Notes: a model not told the origin generated them from the letters alone. A stretch of 56,848 nucleotides of DNA from an uncultured Bacteriovoracaceae bacterium (GCA_964422755.1 CAYRCP010000001.1:1-56848); one strand, 5' to 3'. Positions 41,332 through 50,968 are shown, numbered from the stretch's first letter. Made by a program: numbers and translations.

Positions 41332-42688
41332 CAACACCCTGAGAACCATTACGGATCTTTTTACAGAGGGGACCTACCTTGTGGGCGGGTGCGTCCGCGA
41401 TATGCTGCTGGGCATCGAGCCGTCTGACTTTGATGTCGTTACCTTCTGCGACGTGTGGCAAAAAGCCCGGCAGATTGGGGACCGGCTGGCCTCAACGACC
41501 TTCTGGATGGACAAAGACCGGGGGGTTGTTCGCATTGCGCTCAAGGATTACGATCTGACCATAGATGTCGCGTCGCCAAAGGGAGCAGATCTTGTAGAAG
41601 ACCTGAAAAAACGGGATATTACCATTAATGCCATGGGCTTTGACGTGTCAGCGGGCGAGCTCGTCGATCCTACAGGTGGCCTTTCTGACCTGGGCCACGG
41701 GGTTATCAGGATCATCTCTGAAGAGAATCTCAAAGACGATCCGCTGCGGGCGGTCAGATGCGTACGCTTTTCCGTCATGCTCGGGTTTGCCATCGTCGAG
41801 TCCTCGGCTGCCCTGCTGAAAAAGCATGCGTCGAAGGTGAAGACGGTTTCCCCCGAGCGGGTAAAGCAGGAATGTATGAAGGCGCTTAGCTATCCCTACG
41901 GGGCACGGTTCTTCAGCCTGATGGACAGGGTAGGCTTGATGGGAATGCTCTTTGCGCGGGATTCTTCATCCGGGCAGAGCCAGGGTTTGACCGGCTCACG
42001 GCCGGCTTTAATAATGGCATTCGAGATGGATGGTCTCATCTATGACGTCCACAAGCTGCTTGCCGGCATCGATGATATGCTTACCCTGGAGGTGGAAACC
42101 GGTTTGTCTCGCGCAGCGCTCCTGAGGCTGGTTACGGTTCTCTATGGAATGGGTTTTCCCTGGAGTACTCATGAGGGCACTGCCGGGACAGGCGCTGTTT
42201 CGCTCGCTATTGAGCAATGTGCTCGTGGGGCGAATGCGTTCTGCCGGTCTTTTCGGTTTTCCTCGAACGCCCTCCAGATGGTACAGCGGACCATTGCATG
42301 CCAGGCAATGGTCCATGATATACTCATACGCAAGGATCTATCGGGAAGTTTACTTCATACGCTCTGCAGCGCGGCAGACCCGTTCCTCCCGGAGGTGCTT
42401 CTGCTTGCGCGGGCACGTCTCTCCTGGAATGGAGCTGCCATGGAAACTGCCCGGGAAGGCTCCCGCATGAAAGAGCTCATGGAGAAAGCCTGGAGCTATC
42501 ATACGCATACCTACCTTGAGCACAAGCGTTCACCTCTCATGAGCGGCGAGGATGTCATGAACGCCCTTGGTCTCCCGCCGGGGCCGCAGGTGGGCAAGGT
42601 CCTGCATATAATAGAGATGGCCCGGGCCGATGGCGTCGTGCATACGCGCCGCGAGGCCCTGGATTATCTGCTCTCCATAGACCTGTAG
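41300..42688 (+). CDS. CCA-adding enzyme / poly(A) polymerase family nucleotidyltransferase
   Basis: From ORF 41273..42688. Motifs YLVGGCVRDMLLG, DFDVVT, RDITINAM and DPLRAVRCVRF. Start set at the MHDLSKL ATG, which follows GGAGG and overlaps the hisD 3' end. Confidence 0.8.
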   Translation: MHDLSKLVSSNNTLRTITDLFTEGTYLVGGCVRDMLLGIEPSDFDVVTFCDVWQKARQIGDRLASTTFWMDKDRGVVRIALKDYDLTIDVASPKGADLVEDLKKRDITINAMGFDVSAGELVDPTGGLSDLGHGVIRIISEENLKDDPLRAVRCVRFSVMLGFAIVESSAALLKKHASKVKTVSPERVKQECMKALSYPYGARFFSLMDRVGLMGMLFARDSSSGQSQGLTGSRPALIMAFEMDGLIYDVHKLLAGIDDMLTLEVETGLSRAALLRLVTVLYGMGFPWSTHEGTAGTGAVSLAIEQCARGANAFCRSFRFSSNALQMVQRTIACQAMVHDILIRKDLSGSLLHTLCSAADPFLPEVLLLARARLSWNGAAMETAREGSRMKELMEKAWSYHTHTYLEHKRSPLMSGEDVMNALGLPPGPQVGKVLHIIEMARADGVVHTRREALDYLLSIDL

Positions 42689-42755
42689 CGCCTCTTTGCT
42701 GCCGGCCTTTGCATCCGCCGGAAAAGTCTCGGGGAGGCAAGATGTGTGTTGATGG

Positions 42756-42784
42756 TTTCAATTCGAGTAGATCTTTGGTATAGA
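42756..42784 (+). promoter_or_regulatory. Possible promoter of the CBS-ACT gene
   Basis: TTTCAA-N17-TATAGA. The -10 ends 8 nt before the ATG at 42793. Confidence 0.35.
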
Positions 42785-42792
42785 ATGAAGGC

Positions 42793-43392
42793 ATGAAAGT
42801 CGAATCGTGGATGATAAAGGATCTTATCACCATAGGTCGCGATGCGGGCATTCGTGAAGCGATCATGGTCATGAAGAAGCATTCCGTTCGCCATCTTCCG
42901 GTGGTTGAAAACGGTCTGTTTGTGGGGCTGGTTACCCTGGGAGACTTGAAACAGGCGATTCTGGCTTCCATGCTTGAGACCCTCAAGGTCAATGATGTCA
43001 TGCTCCAGAACCCCTATATGATTACCCGGGAAAGCTCTTTGGATGAGGCTGCCCGGATTATCTATGAACAGAACATCGGTTGTCTGCCGGTTGTGGAGGA
43101 GGGCAAGATCCTCGGAATCATCACGGTCAACGATATCCTCAAGGCCTTTATCGATATCATGGGGGTGCTCAAGGCCGGGGCACGGATCGATGTTATTCTC
43201 AAAAGTGTTCACGGCTCGTTCGATGAAGTGGTTTCCATTATCGAGAAGGAGGGCGGCTATATCATCAGTGCGGGCATGTCCATCAACGGGGATGAAAACA
43301 CCCATCACTTCCGCATATCCGGTGGAAACACTGCGGCCATAGCAGAAGAACTGACCAATCTGGGGTATCGAGGCGTCAGGGTGATAGAGTAA
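42793..43392 (+). CDS. CBS-pair plus ACT-like domain protein (AcuB-like)
   Basis: 199 aa. Two CBS repeats (VRHLPVVENGLFVGLVTLGDL and GCLPVVEEGKILGIITVNDIL) are followed by an ACT-like tail. Confidence 0.8.
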   Translation: MKVESWMIKDLITIGRDAGIREAIMVMKKHSVRHLPVVENGLFVGLVTLGDLKQAILASMLETLKVNDVMLQNPYMITRESSLDEAARIIYEQNIGCLPVVEEGKILGIITVNDILKAFIDIMGVLKAGARIDVILKSVHGSFDEVVSIIEKEGGYIISAGMSINGDENTHHFRISGGNTAAIAEELTNLGYRGVRVIE

Positions 43393-43672
43393 GGCCCAAG
43401 CCAGCCAGCACCTCTTGGGCACCTATACCATCTAAGCAGAGCACCTTTATCCGGCCCTTTTCCCCCTGGGCTATGGAAATCTTGGATTTTGCAATATGCA
43501 GGCGTTTTGAAAGAAATTTTATCAGGGCCTTGTTCGCCTTGCCCTCGATGGGGGGCGCACTCAGACGAACACAGAGCCGGTCTTCTTTGATACCGTCTAT
43601 ACTGTCTTTCTTTGCATTGGGATGAATCTTACATTCCAGGGTTGTTGAGGCGCCATCACTTCTAATCCACAT
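43376..43672 (-). CDS. DUF167 (YggU) family protein
   Basis: 98 aa. Motifs RLSAPPIEGKANKALIKFLSKRL and SIAQGEKGRIK. Confidence 0.85.
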   Translation of the reverse strand: MWIRSDGASTTLECKIHPNAKKDSIDGIKEDRLCVRLSAPPIEGKANKALIKFLSKRLHIAKSKISIAQGEKGRIKVLCLDGIGAQEVLAGLGLTLSP

Positions 43673-44180
43673 CTCCTATCTCCCTGATCCAGTTCTGGTA
43701 GGAGCTGAGGACCGATTTAATCTCGGAGATGAGCGAGGTCCTCTTTGCCTTCAGCTCGACGAGTTCCTGTTCGAGCGCTGTTTTACTGCGCTGTGCTTCC
43801 ATGAGAACCTCGTTGGCCTTTTGCTGGGCTTCTTCAAGAATCTCGTTGCTCCTGGTCTGGGTTTCTTCAAGCCGGAGCTGCGCCTGTTCCTCGAGAGAAA
43901 CTGCCTGCTTTTGTGCTTCTTCCACGATGGTGTTTCCCTGCTCCTGGGCTTTCTGGATTTTTTCGTCCGAGAACTGCTTGGCGGACAGGAAGAGGTCTTC
44001 AAGGTCTTTCTGCTTGTCCTTGAGGGTACTAAGTTCACTCTTGAGAAGGTTGTTCTCTTCCACGAGCTCTTCTAAGTCATCGCCGATATCGATCAAGAAA
44101 TTGGTTACCTCATCCTTGTCAAACCCTGAAAGTTTACCCTTGAAGCGCTGTTCGCGTATCATTTCCGGCGTTAATTTCAT
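43662..44180 (-). CDS. divIVA: DivIVA-domain cell-division protein
   Basis: 172 aa. N-terminus MKLTPEMIREQRFKGKLSGFDKDEVTNFL, followed by a coiled coil. Confidence 0.85.
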   Translation of the reverse strand: MKLTPEMIREQRFKGKLSGFDKDEVTNFLIDIGDDLEELVEENNLLKSELSTLKDKQKDLEDLFLSAKQFSDEKIQKAQEQGNTIVEEAQKQAVSLEEQAQLRLEETQTRSNEILEEAQQKANEVLMEAQRSKTALEQELVELKAKRTSLISEIKSVLSSYQNWIREIGDVD

Positions 44181-44776
44181 CAGAAACCCCCTTGTAATTT
44201 TAACCTCACCCCTGTTGCGATAAGGCTTTTTGACACAACCATGTTAATAAACATGATGATAAACACGACCACCACGGGAGAGAAGTCAAACCCCCCGAAT
44301 CTCAGCGGCAACCTCCTTCGAAGCCAGGAGAAAACAGGCGATGTCACGGCAGTAAGGAAACGCACAACAGGATTATACGGGCTCGGATTCACAAAGGTGA
44401 TCAGGGCTGCGATGATCACGGCCCACATATAGAAATTCAGCAGGACAGATATCGACTGACCCAGCCCGATGAGGATATTGGGCAGGAGGTTTCCCTGTTC
44501 CATCAGCGATTGGACAAGAGCGGTATCCAGGAAGAGGATACCGGCGATCACAACAATGGGTGAAAGATCTATGCCGGATATGATCAGAGGGATCCGGCGT
44601 CTCAGCCATAAAAAAACCGGATCGACAGCGCTGCGCAGAAAACGGACGATGGGGTTATGAGGATCAGGATGTACCCAGGATATGAGTGCCCCGATAATGA
44701 CAATCCATAAATAGAGGGTGAGCAGGATGTGAAAAATCTGGCCCAGCATCGGGAAAACATTGTTTGTTACATACAT
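44180..44776 (-). CDS. yggT: YggT family membrane protein (two YGGT repeats)
   Basis: From ORF 44180..44902. Two homologous halves: ALISWVHPDPHNPIVRFLRSAVDPVFLWLRRRIP and ALITFVNPSPYNPVVRFLTAVTSPVFSWLRRRLP. Start trimmed to MYVTNN, which has GGAGG 5 nt upstream. Confidence 0.8.
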   Translation of the reverse strand: MYVTNNVFPMLGQIFHILLTLYLWIVIIGALISWVHPDPHNPIVRFLRSAVDPVFLWLRRRIPLIISGIDLSPIVVIAGILFLDTALVQSLMEQGNLLPNILIGLGQSISVLLNFYMWAVIIAALITFVNPSPYNPVVRFLTAVTSPVFSWLRRRLPLRFGGFDFSPVVVVFIIMFINMVVSKSLIATGVRLKLQGGF

Positions 44777-44941
44777 GCACGCCTCCATGATCAGATAAAA
44801 ACCAAATATAGTACATCTATTGCCGATTTCATCCATCAAATGCAAGGTGTTTTCGTTCAGGGCAGGGTTTTTGCGCACTTCTTCCAAGGTCTTAACAACC
44901 ACACTTGCTTTTCCGAATAAAGCTCTGATAAAACAACAAGA

Positions 44942-47900
44942 GTGAAGTTGAAAAAGGTTGAAATCAAGGGGTTTAAATCCATTGCAAAAAAGATTTCCCT
45001 GACGCTTGCAGAAGGCGTCACCTGTATTGCCGGGCCGAACGGGTGCGGCAAGAGCAATCTCATCGATGCCATCCGGTGGGCGCTTGGAGAGCAGTCCATC
45101 CGGTCTCTTCGCGCCGGGTCAATGAGCGATGTGATCTTTGCAGGGACCCAGGATACGTATCAGGGTTCCCTGGCACAGGTAAACCTTGAGTTTATTCGGG
45201 ATGGGGGCTATTTCCCGAAATCTCTCGAGGGATTCGATGAGGTGTCCATCTCAAGAAGGCTCTACCGGACAGGGGAGAGCGTCTACTCCATCAATAATGT
45301 AAAGTGCCGCTTGAAGGATATCACTGATATCTTTCTCGATACCGGTCTTGACCGTCACGGGTATGCAATCATCGAGCAGGGCAAGGTCAAGGACATCATA
45401 CAGTCGAAGCCCGAGGATATTAGATATATTATAGAAGAAGCAGCCGAGGTGGGTAAATTCCGGGTCAAGAGGGCCGATGCCATGAAAAGGCTGGAAGCGA
45501 CCTCGAAGAATCTCGAGAGGATCCGGGACTTGTTGAGCGAGGTATCGCGCCAGAAGGATGATCTCAGGTCGCAGGCAAACAAGGCCAAAAGATACCAGGC
45601 TGTCAGGACCGAGATCAATGACCTGACCAGAGACCTGTGGGCATATGAGTTGAACGCGATAACCGCGGCCCAAAAAAAACTGGAAGAGGAAAAACAGGAA
45701 CTGGATTCACAGATTCGCGGTTTTGAACGGCAGCACCAGGAATACGTAACGTTGATGGGCTCATCTGCGACGCGCCTGGCAGCACTGAAGGAAAAGATCG
45801 ATGCTGCATCGAGTTCGCTGAGAGAGGCGAACTCGCGCACACTCCTGGCCCAGGGTGATATTGATGCGAATCAGGAGCGGGAAAAGGACATAGGCACTAC
45901 GCTTTCCATGCTGCGGACCCGGGTGGATCAGATGAAGGGCGCGAGAGAAAAGGCTCAGGGGGAATACGAGGAAGGAAGCGCTGTGCTGAAAAACCTGTCC
46001 GATGAGATCGCCAGGGTGCAGGCCGAGCTGACAGAAGGTCAGGAAGAGGTGGAGGAGCGATATGTTGGGTATAAGGCCCTGGAGGATGATTACAACCAGG
46101 GACGCGCTGAGCTGTTTGATGCCATAGGCCAGGCCCGAGCCATTGCCCAGCGACTTTCATCCATGAATACCAGGTACCATGAGGTGATTTCCAGCACAAA
46201 GAAGCGCACCGAAGACCTTGACCGGATCAGGGAGAAGAAAGATGGGCTTACACGCCGATTGAAGGATGTGGAACAGTCCATTGACAGCATAAAAACCGCA
46301 CAGGGTGAGATTGAAAGCGTGGTACAATCGGTGAGCGAAGAAACACAGGCCCTTGAGACAACGATCGCCAAGGAGGCACGCTTTGTCGTCGGCATGGAAA
46401 AGGACCATGCAGAACATGTGGCGAAGATCTCCATACTGGAGAGGATCATCAATGCAGGCTCGAAGGTGCCGTCTGAAGAGGCGAAGCGATCAAACGGGAC
46501 ACGCAAGGTCTTCGATACGCTCAAAGTTCACGAGGGGTATGAAGAAACCGTGGGGAGATCCATGGGAGAAGCCCTGGATTTTGTCATCATCCAGGATCTT
46601 GAAGAGGTTCCGGCTCTTTTGATGAGGGAGGATGCAAGCCCCGGATACATCCTCAAGCAACCGCATCTGAACGGCATCCTGAATCAAGCCCTGACAAAGG
46701 AGAGCGGCGTGATCGGTCCGTTGCGTGACTGTATGGAGGTGCAGGAGGGATTCGAGGATATTGCAAACGCCCTTACCCGGGACATGTGGGTTGTGGAGGA
46801 TATTCACTGCGCCCTGGCGCTGTGGAAACAGGGGCTGAGATCGGGCAGTTTTGTGACCAAAGAAGGTATCATTGTCGAGCCCACAGGTGCGATACGCACA
46901 ATGGCCGAGATGACGAAGTATGCGGAGAGCCTCAAGGCTAAGGCGGAAAAAGACGAACTCACGACACAGCTCCAGTCCCTGGAGCAAGCCATTGCAGAGG
47001 CCAAGACACGACTTGAGAAATTCAAGAGCGGGCTTGTAGCTCTCAAAGAGAAACACACCGAAGCGACACAGCAGGCAGACGTTCTCAAAAGGGAACAGGT
47101 GGCATTTGCTGAAACCAGGAATGAAACCCTGCGAGAACTTGAGCGGATCACAGAGCGGGAAGACTCCTACGGGCGGGACATAGCCGAATGGGAGGATATG
47201 GCGGGAAGGCTCCAGGGCGATATCAAAGAAATCTCTACGCAGAAAGATCGTATGGATGGGGAGATTGAGGCAAGCCAGTCCCGGATCAAGACGCTTGATG
47301 AGAAGAAACAGGCGGCAAAAGAGGTGTACGAAAAAGCTCAGGGAGCAATACAGACTCACATCTCCAGGTTGAACGAATTGAAGGTGACACATGCCTCCAG
47401 GATGGAGCGGGCACAGGGGATTCGAGAAAATCTGGCCAAGATGCTCCAGGAAATCGAAAAGGATAACCTGCGGATTGTAGAACTGCAGCAGACCGAATCG
47501 TCCATCGCCACTGCGCTTTCCAAATCACGTGCCGATCTTTCTCGTGCAGAACAGGATATCAAGGAGCTCGAGAAGCTTAAAGAGGAGCTGCTGCCGGAAT
47601 TTGACGAGATGACGGACACGATGCATTCGCTGAGCGAAAGCAGGGATCAATGCAAGGATTCCATTGACCACCTGGAAAAGAGCAGGAATTCGTGCGTGCT
47701 CAAGCAGAAGGAACAGGAAATTTCCTTTGCCATGAGCAGGGAACGTCTGGAGTCGCGATTCGGCAAAGAGCTCCCCGCCGTGCCGGATTCTTTTTCTCCG
47801 GATGAGGCCCGGGAAAAGGCAGCAATGCTGGAAAAAAGAATCGAGCGGATGGGGCAGATAAATTTTGCGTCCATCGACGCCTATGAAAATGTACAGGGCA

Positions 47901-48451
47901 GATGGGATGATCTGCACCGGCAGTATGAAGACATCGTCCAGGCGAGTACGCGCCTGAAGGAGGTCATCGCCAACATTGAACGGCAGAGCACAAAGGCGTT
48001 TATGGCAACCTTCAAACAGGTACGGGCGAATTTCCAGGAAATATTTACCACGATTTTCGGCGGAGGAACGGCAGATATCGTGCTTACGGATAAAGAGGGC
48101 ATGGAAGCCGGTGTGGAGATCTTTGCATCCCCGCCGTTCAAGCGGCTCAAGGCCATGACGTTGCTGTCCGAGGGGGAAAAGACGCTGTGTGCGCTGAGCT
48201 TTATCTTTGCCCTGTTCAAGGTGCGGCCGTCGCCGTTTTGTATCCTCGATGAGGTGGATGCCCCCCTGGATGATTCAAATGTCATTCGCTTCAATCGTCT
48301 CATCAGATCCTTTTCCAAGGATTCGCAATTCATCATCGTGACCCATAACCGCTACACCATGGAGATGGCAGACATCATCTACGGGGTGACGTTCGACGTC
48401 CCCGGCATCAGCAAGGTGGTGTCATTGCTTTTGCAGGACATGGAAGGGTAA
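44942..48451 (+). CDS. smc: Chromosome segregation protein SMC
   Basis: 1169 aa. Walker A GPNGCGKSN, long coiled coils with a central hinge, signature LSEGEKTL and Walker B CILDEVDAPLD. GTG start. Confidence 0.97.
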   Translation: MKLKKVEIKGFKSIAKKISLTLAEGVTCIAGPNGCGKSNLIDAIRWALGEQSIRSLRAGSMSDVIFAGTQDTYQGSLAQVNLEFIRDGGYFPKSLEGFDEVSISRRLYRTGESVYSINNVKCRLKDITDIFLDTGLDRHGYAIIEQGKVKDIIQSKPEDIRYIIEEAAEVGKFRVKRADAMKRLEATSKNLERIRDLLSEVSRQKDDLRSQANKAKRYQAVRTEINDLTRDLWAYELNAITAAQKKLEEEKQELDSQIRGFERQHQEYVTLMGSSATRLAALKEKIDAASSSLREANSRTLLAQGDIDANQEREKDIGTTLSMLRTRVDQMKGAREKAQGEYEEGSAVLKNLSDEIARVQAELTEGQEEVEERYVGYKALEDDYNQGRAELFDAIGQARAIAQRLSSMNTRYHEVISSTKKRTEDLDRIREKKDGLTRRLKDVEQSIDSIKTAQGEIESVVQSVSEETQALETTIAKEARFVVGMEKDHAEHVAKISILERIINAGSKVPSEEAKRSNGTRKVFDTLKVHEGYEETVGRSMGEALDFVIIQDLEEVPALLMREDASPGYILKQPHLNGILNQALTKESGVIGPLRDCMEVQEGFEDIANALTRDMWVVEDIHCALALWKQGLRSGSFVTKEGIIVEPTGAIRTMAEMTKYAESLKAKAEKDELTTQLQSLEQAIAEAKTRLEKFKSGLVALKEKHTEATQQADVLKREQVAFAETRNETLRELERITEREDSYGRDIAEWEDMAGRLQGDIKEISTQKDRMDGEIEASQSRIKTLDEKKQAAKEVYEKAQGAIQTHISRLNELKVTHASRMERAQGIRENLAKMLQEIEKDNLRIVELQQTESSIATALSKSRADLSRAEQDIKELEKLKEELLPEFDEMTDTMHSLSESRDQCKDSIDHLEKSRNSCVLKQKEQEISFAMSRERLESRFGKELPAVPDSFSPDEAREKAAMLEKRIERMGQINFASIDAYENVQGRWDDLHRQYEDIVQASTRLKEVIANIERQSTKAFMATFKQVRANFQEIFTTIFGGGTADIVLTDKEGMEAGVEIFASPPFKRLKAMTLLSEGEKTLCALSFIFALFKVRPSPFCILDEVDAPLDDSNVIRFNRLIRSFSKDSQFIIVTHNRYTMEMADIIYGVTFDVPGISKVVSLLLQDMEG

Positions 48452-48467
48452 TTTATTTCTCACGCAG

Positions 48468-48490
48468 AGGAAATTAATTTCCTTTTTTCT
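48468..48490 (+). terminator. Rho-independent terminator of smc
   Basis: The palindrome AGGAAATTAATTTCCT is followed by TTTTTCT, 17 nt after the smc stop. Confidence 0.7.
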
Positions 48491-48573
48491 CTTATTTCGG
48501 GTAAAATATCGGCTAGTTCCCGGCAAAAAGCTGAGCACGCATATTGCAGGAGAGATATGAAAGGAAAAGGGTT

Positions 48574-49554
48574 ATGCCACGTGTCATTGCCGTAACATCA
48601 GGAAAAGGTGGAGTCGGAAAAAGCAATTTCGTGCTCAATGTGGGGATCAGCCTCGCCATGATGGATACCCGTGTCCAGATACTCGACGCTGACCTGGGCC
48701 TTGCCAATCTGGATGTTTTGATGGGGATAAGGCCCCACAGCACGCTGGAGGACGTTATCTTCGGCAAGCAGGACCTAAATGATATCATTATCGAAACGGA
48801 TTATAAAATTGAATTGATCCCCGGCTGTTCAGGCACACAGGACATGGCGGACCTGTCAAAGGAACAGATACAGGAGCTGGTAAAGAAGGTGAGCAGGGGG
48901 TCAAAGGAAGCCGACTGTCTCCTGGTGGATACCGCAGCGGGCATCTCGACCGGTGTTATATCCTTTCTCATGGCCGTTCCAGAGGTAATCGTGGGGGTGA
49001 GTTCCGAACCTACCAGCCTCACAGACGCATATGCCTTAATCAAGGTGCTCAAGAAGAACGGATATTCAGGCAGGATATCCATGTTTTCGAGTATGGTAAA
49101 GAACAGCGCATCAGGGCATGTGATCTACAAGAAGATCGCATCGGCGGCCAGGCGGTTTCTCGATACACCGGTGGGGTTTTTAGGGAGCGTGTACTACGAT
49201 GAAAAGCTGACCAGGGCCGTGACCGACCAGGTACCGGCCATTGTACGGTTCCCCACCTCAAATATATCCAGGTGCTATCGTGTTATTGCATTGACCCTGC
49301 TTGGCCAGAACAGCGTGCAGACCGATTACGATAAATTCTGGACGCGACTGGTCAATATGATCACGAAAGGACCGAGGGCCAAGACCGTCAAGGCAGTAGC
49401 GTTCAAGGGGCACAATGGTGAAGGCACCATCGAGGACACCATTCATAACATCCTGGACGAGCAGCGCAGGACCCGGTTTTTGCTCGAGCGAATCCTGGCA
49501 ACGATCGAGCATGATGTTGATTCATCCTGCTCGAAACAGCCCCTTCCCTTGTGA
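48574..49554 (+). CDS. Orphan MinD/FlhG (ParA superfamily) P-loop ATPase with a ~85-aa C-terminal extension
   Basis: From ORF 48544..49554, start trimmed to MPRVIAVTSGKGGVGKSN (deviant Walker A). Also DADLGLANLDVLMG, LLVDTAAG and SEPTSLTDAYALIK. Confidence 0.8.
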   Translation: MPRVIAVTSGKGGVGKSNFVLNVGISLAMMDTRVQILDADLGLANLDVLMGIRPHSTLEDVIFGKQDLNDIIIETDYKIELIPGCSGTQDMADLSKEQIQELVKKVSRGSKEADCLLVDTAAGISTGVISFLMAVPEVIVGVSSEPTSLTDAYALIKVLKKNGYSGRISMFSSMVKNSASGHVIYKKIASAARRFLDTPVGFLGSVYYDEKLTRAVTDQVPAIVRFPTSNISRCYRVIALTLLGQNSVQTDYDKFWTRLVNMITKGPRAKTVKAVAFKGHNGEGTIEDTIHNILDEQRRTRFLLERILATIEHDVDSSCSKQPLPL

Positions 49555-50033
49555 TTACCCGCATAGATACTCCCACTGGAAAACTCTGGATCTGCGGTGA
49601 TTCCAACGCCGTAACCGCCGTCAGCTGGAGCGTGATCGAAGGCCTGGAGGATACCGGTGCGCTGAACTGGATCACCTCGGCTCTGGAAGGATACTTTGCG
49701 GGTAAAATTCAGACATTTCCCGGCGGATTGTGTTTTCCCGGCGGGACGCCTGTCTGGTCGCGGCAGAGCACACAAGCTGACCCGATGACGCTTTTTCATA
49801 ACATCCTGTGTGCCATGTCCCACATCCCATACGGCCGGACTGCCGCCTATTCCGACCTGGCCTTAACGCTGGGAAACAAAAATCTTGCCCGGGCCGTGGG
49901 ACAGGGGTGCAAAAAGAACCCTTTGCCGGTTATCGTGCCCTGCCACAGGGTAGTGGGAAAACACTCGCTGGGGGGATTCAGTTCGGGAATAGACCGGAAG
50001 AAAATCCTCCTCAAGCTCGAAGGGGCCTGCTGA
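49551..50033 (+). CDS. ogt: Methylated-DNA--protein-cysteine methyltransferase (Ogt/MGMT)
   Basis: 160 aa. Motifs IPYGRTAAYSDLA, NPLPVIVPCHRVVG (active-site PCHR) and GGFSSG. The GTG start overlaps the upstream stop as GTGA. Confidence 0.9.
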   Translation: MITRIDTPTGKLWICGDSNAVTAVSWSVIEGLEDTGALNWITSALEGYFAGKIQTFPGGLCFPGGTPVWSRQSTQADPMTLFHNILCAMSHIPYGRTAAYSDLALTLGNKNLARAVGQGCKKNPLPVIVPCHRVVGKHSLGGFSSGIDRKKILLKLEGAC

Positions 50034-50186
50034 AGATCCGCATAAAAAATCTCCCGGCAGAAAAAACGCAGTCCCTGAATCCGGTTACCGGATATCCTTC
50101 ATCCGGGTCACGTCGTCGAGGATGGGAAATGGGACATTAATCCGAGGAAAACCACAACACACTAATATATTTACCTATACATATAT

Positions 50187-50215
50187 TTGACAAAACATAC
50201 TTGATGGCATATTAA
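50187..50215 (+). promoter_or_regulatory. Putative sigma70 promoter directly abutting the DUF364 start codon
   Basis: A perfect TTGACA, a 17-nt spacer, then TATTAA. Only 6 nt separate the -10 from the ATG at 50222, and there is no Shine-Dalgarno. Confidence 0.45.
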
Positions 50216-50221
50216 TATTCC

Positions 50222-50968
50222 ATGGAAAAACTACTTGAGACAGTATCTGATACTGAAAAACAACTGAGAATACATCGTGTAGCTTTAGGGCTTGGATATA
50301 TTGCCGTTCAGCTTGAAAATGGTCACGTGGGTCTGAGTGCGAATATTGTGCATACCAGGACAACGAACTGCACCGTCTTCAAAAAAGCGGGCACACTCAG
50401 AGGTTCCTCGGTAGGCGATGTTCTCGCCTTGGGGATGAAGACGGAACTGCTGCCCCGGGCCATTTGCCTGGCAACCATCAATGCGCTGAAAAATACCGAG
50501 GGTTGCGGGCAGGATGCTGATGTTTTTGATCAAATATCCATACAATCAGGCGATCGTGTTGCCATGATCGGGTTAATTGAACCGATTGTCAAGATGCTTA
50601 CGGACAAGGGATGTGAGGTGAGTGTCTATGAGCACAGATCCGTGGATCATCCGCTTGTAAAGGATGCGGAAACCCAGGAGACGACCTGTGCCCAGGCTGA
50701 TATCGTTATTGTCACCGCAACCTCGATAATAAACAATACATTTGAGAATATCATCAAAAACTTGGGGACATCACGTGAAGTAATCCTCATGGGACCATCC
50801 ACGCCCATGGTGAGGGAAAGGTTTTTACCAACCCCGATAACGTATCTTGCCGGTTCTGTGGTAGTTGATCCGGAAAAAACCCTTGAAATTGTAATGGAAG
50901 GAGGGGGCACGCAGGCATTGTATCGTTACAATGCCATTAAAAAGACGCAGCTGGAGGTACATCCATGA
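50222..50968 (+). CDS. DUF4213/DUF364 family protein (Rossmann-like, putative metal chelation)
   Basis: 248 aa. N-terminal region VALGLGYIAVQLENGHVGLS. C-terminal Rossmann-like half with VAMIGLIEPIV and ADIVIVTATSIINNT. Confidence 0.75.
   Translation: MEKLLETVSDTEKQLRIHRVALGLGYIAVQLENGHVGLSANIVHTRTTNCTVFKKAGTLRGSSVGDVLALGMKTELLPRAICLATINALKNTEGCGQDADVFDQISIQSGDRVAMIGLIEPIVKMLTDKGCEVSVYEHRSVDHPLVKDAETQETTCAQADIVIVTATSIINNTFENIIKNLGTSREVILMGPSTPMVRERFLPTPITYLAGSVVVDPEKTLEIVMEGGGTQALYRYNAIKKTQLEVHP

Noticed and set aside
44180-44776. Internal duplication in YggT as a novelty.
   Set aside because: The YGGT family is itself defined as a repeat, and proteobacterial YggT proteins commonly contain two copies, so this architecture is ordinary.
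50034-50186. Possible Moco riboswitch upstream of DUF364-moaA.
   Set aside because: I could not recognise the conserved Moco-motif elements. The best promoter lies downstream of this stretch and touches the ATG, leaving no leader in which a riboswitch could act.
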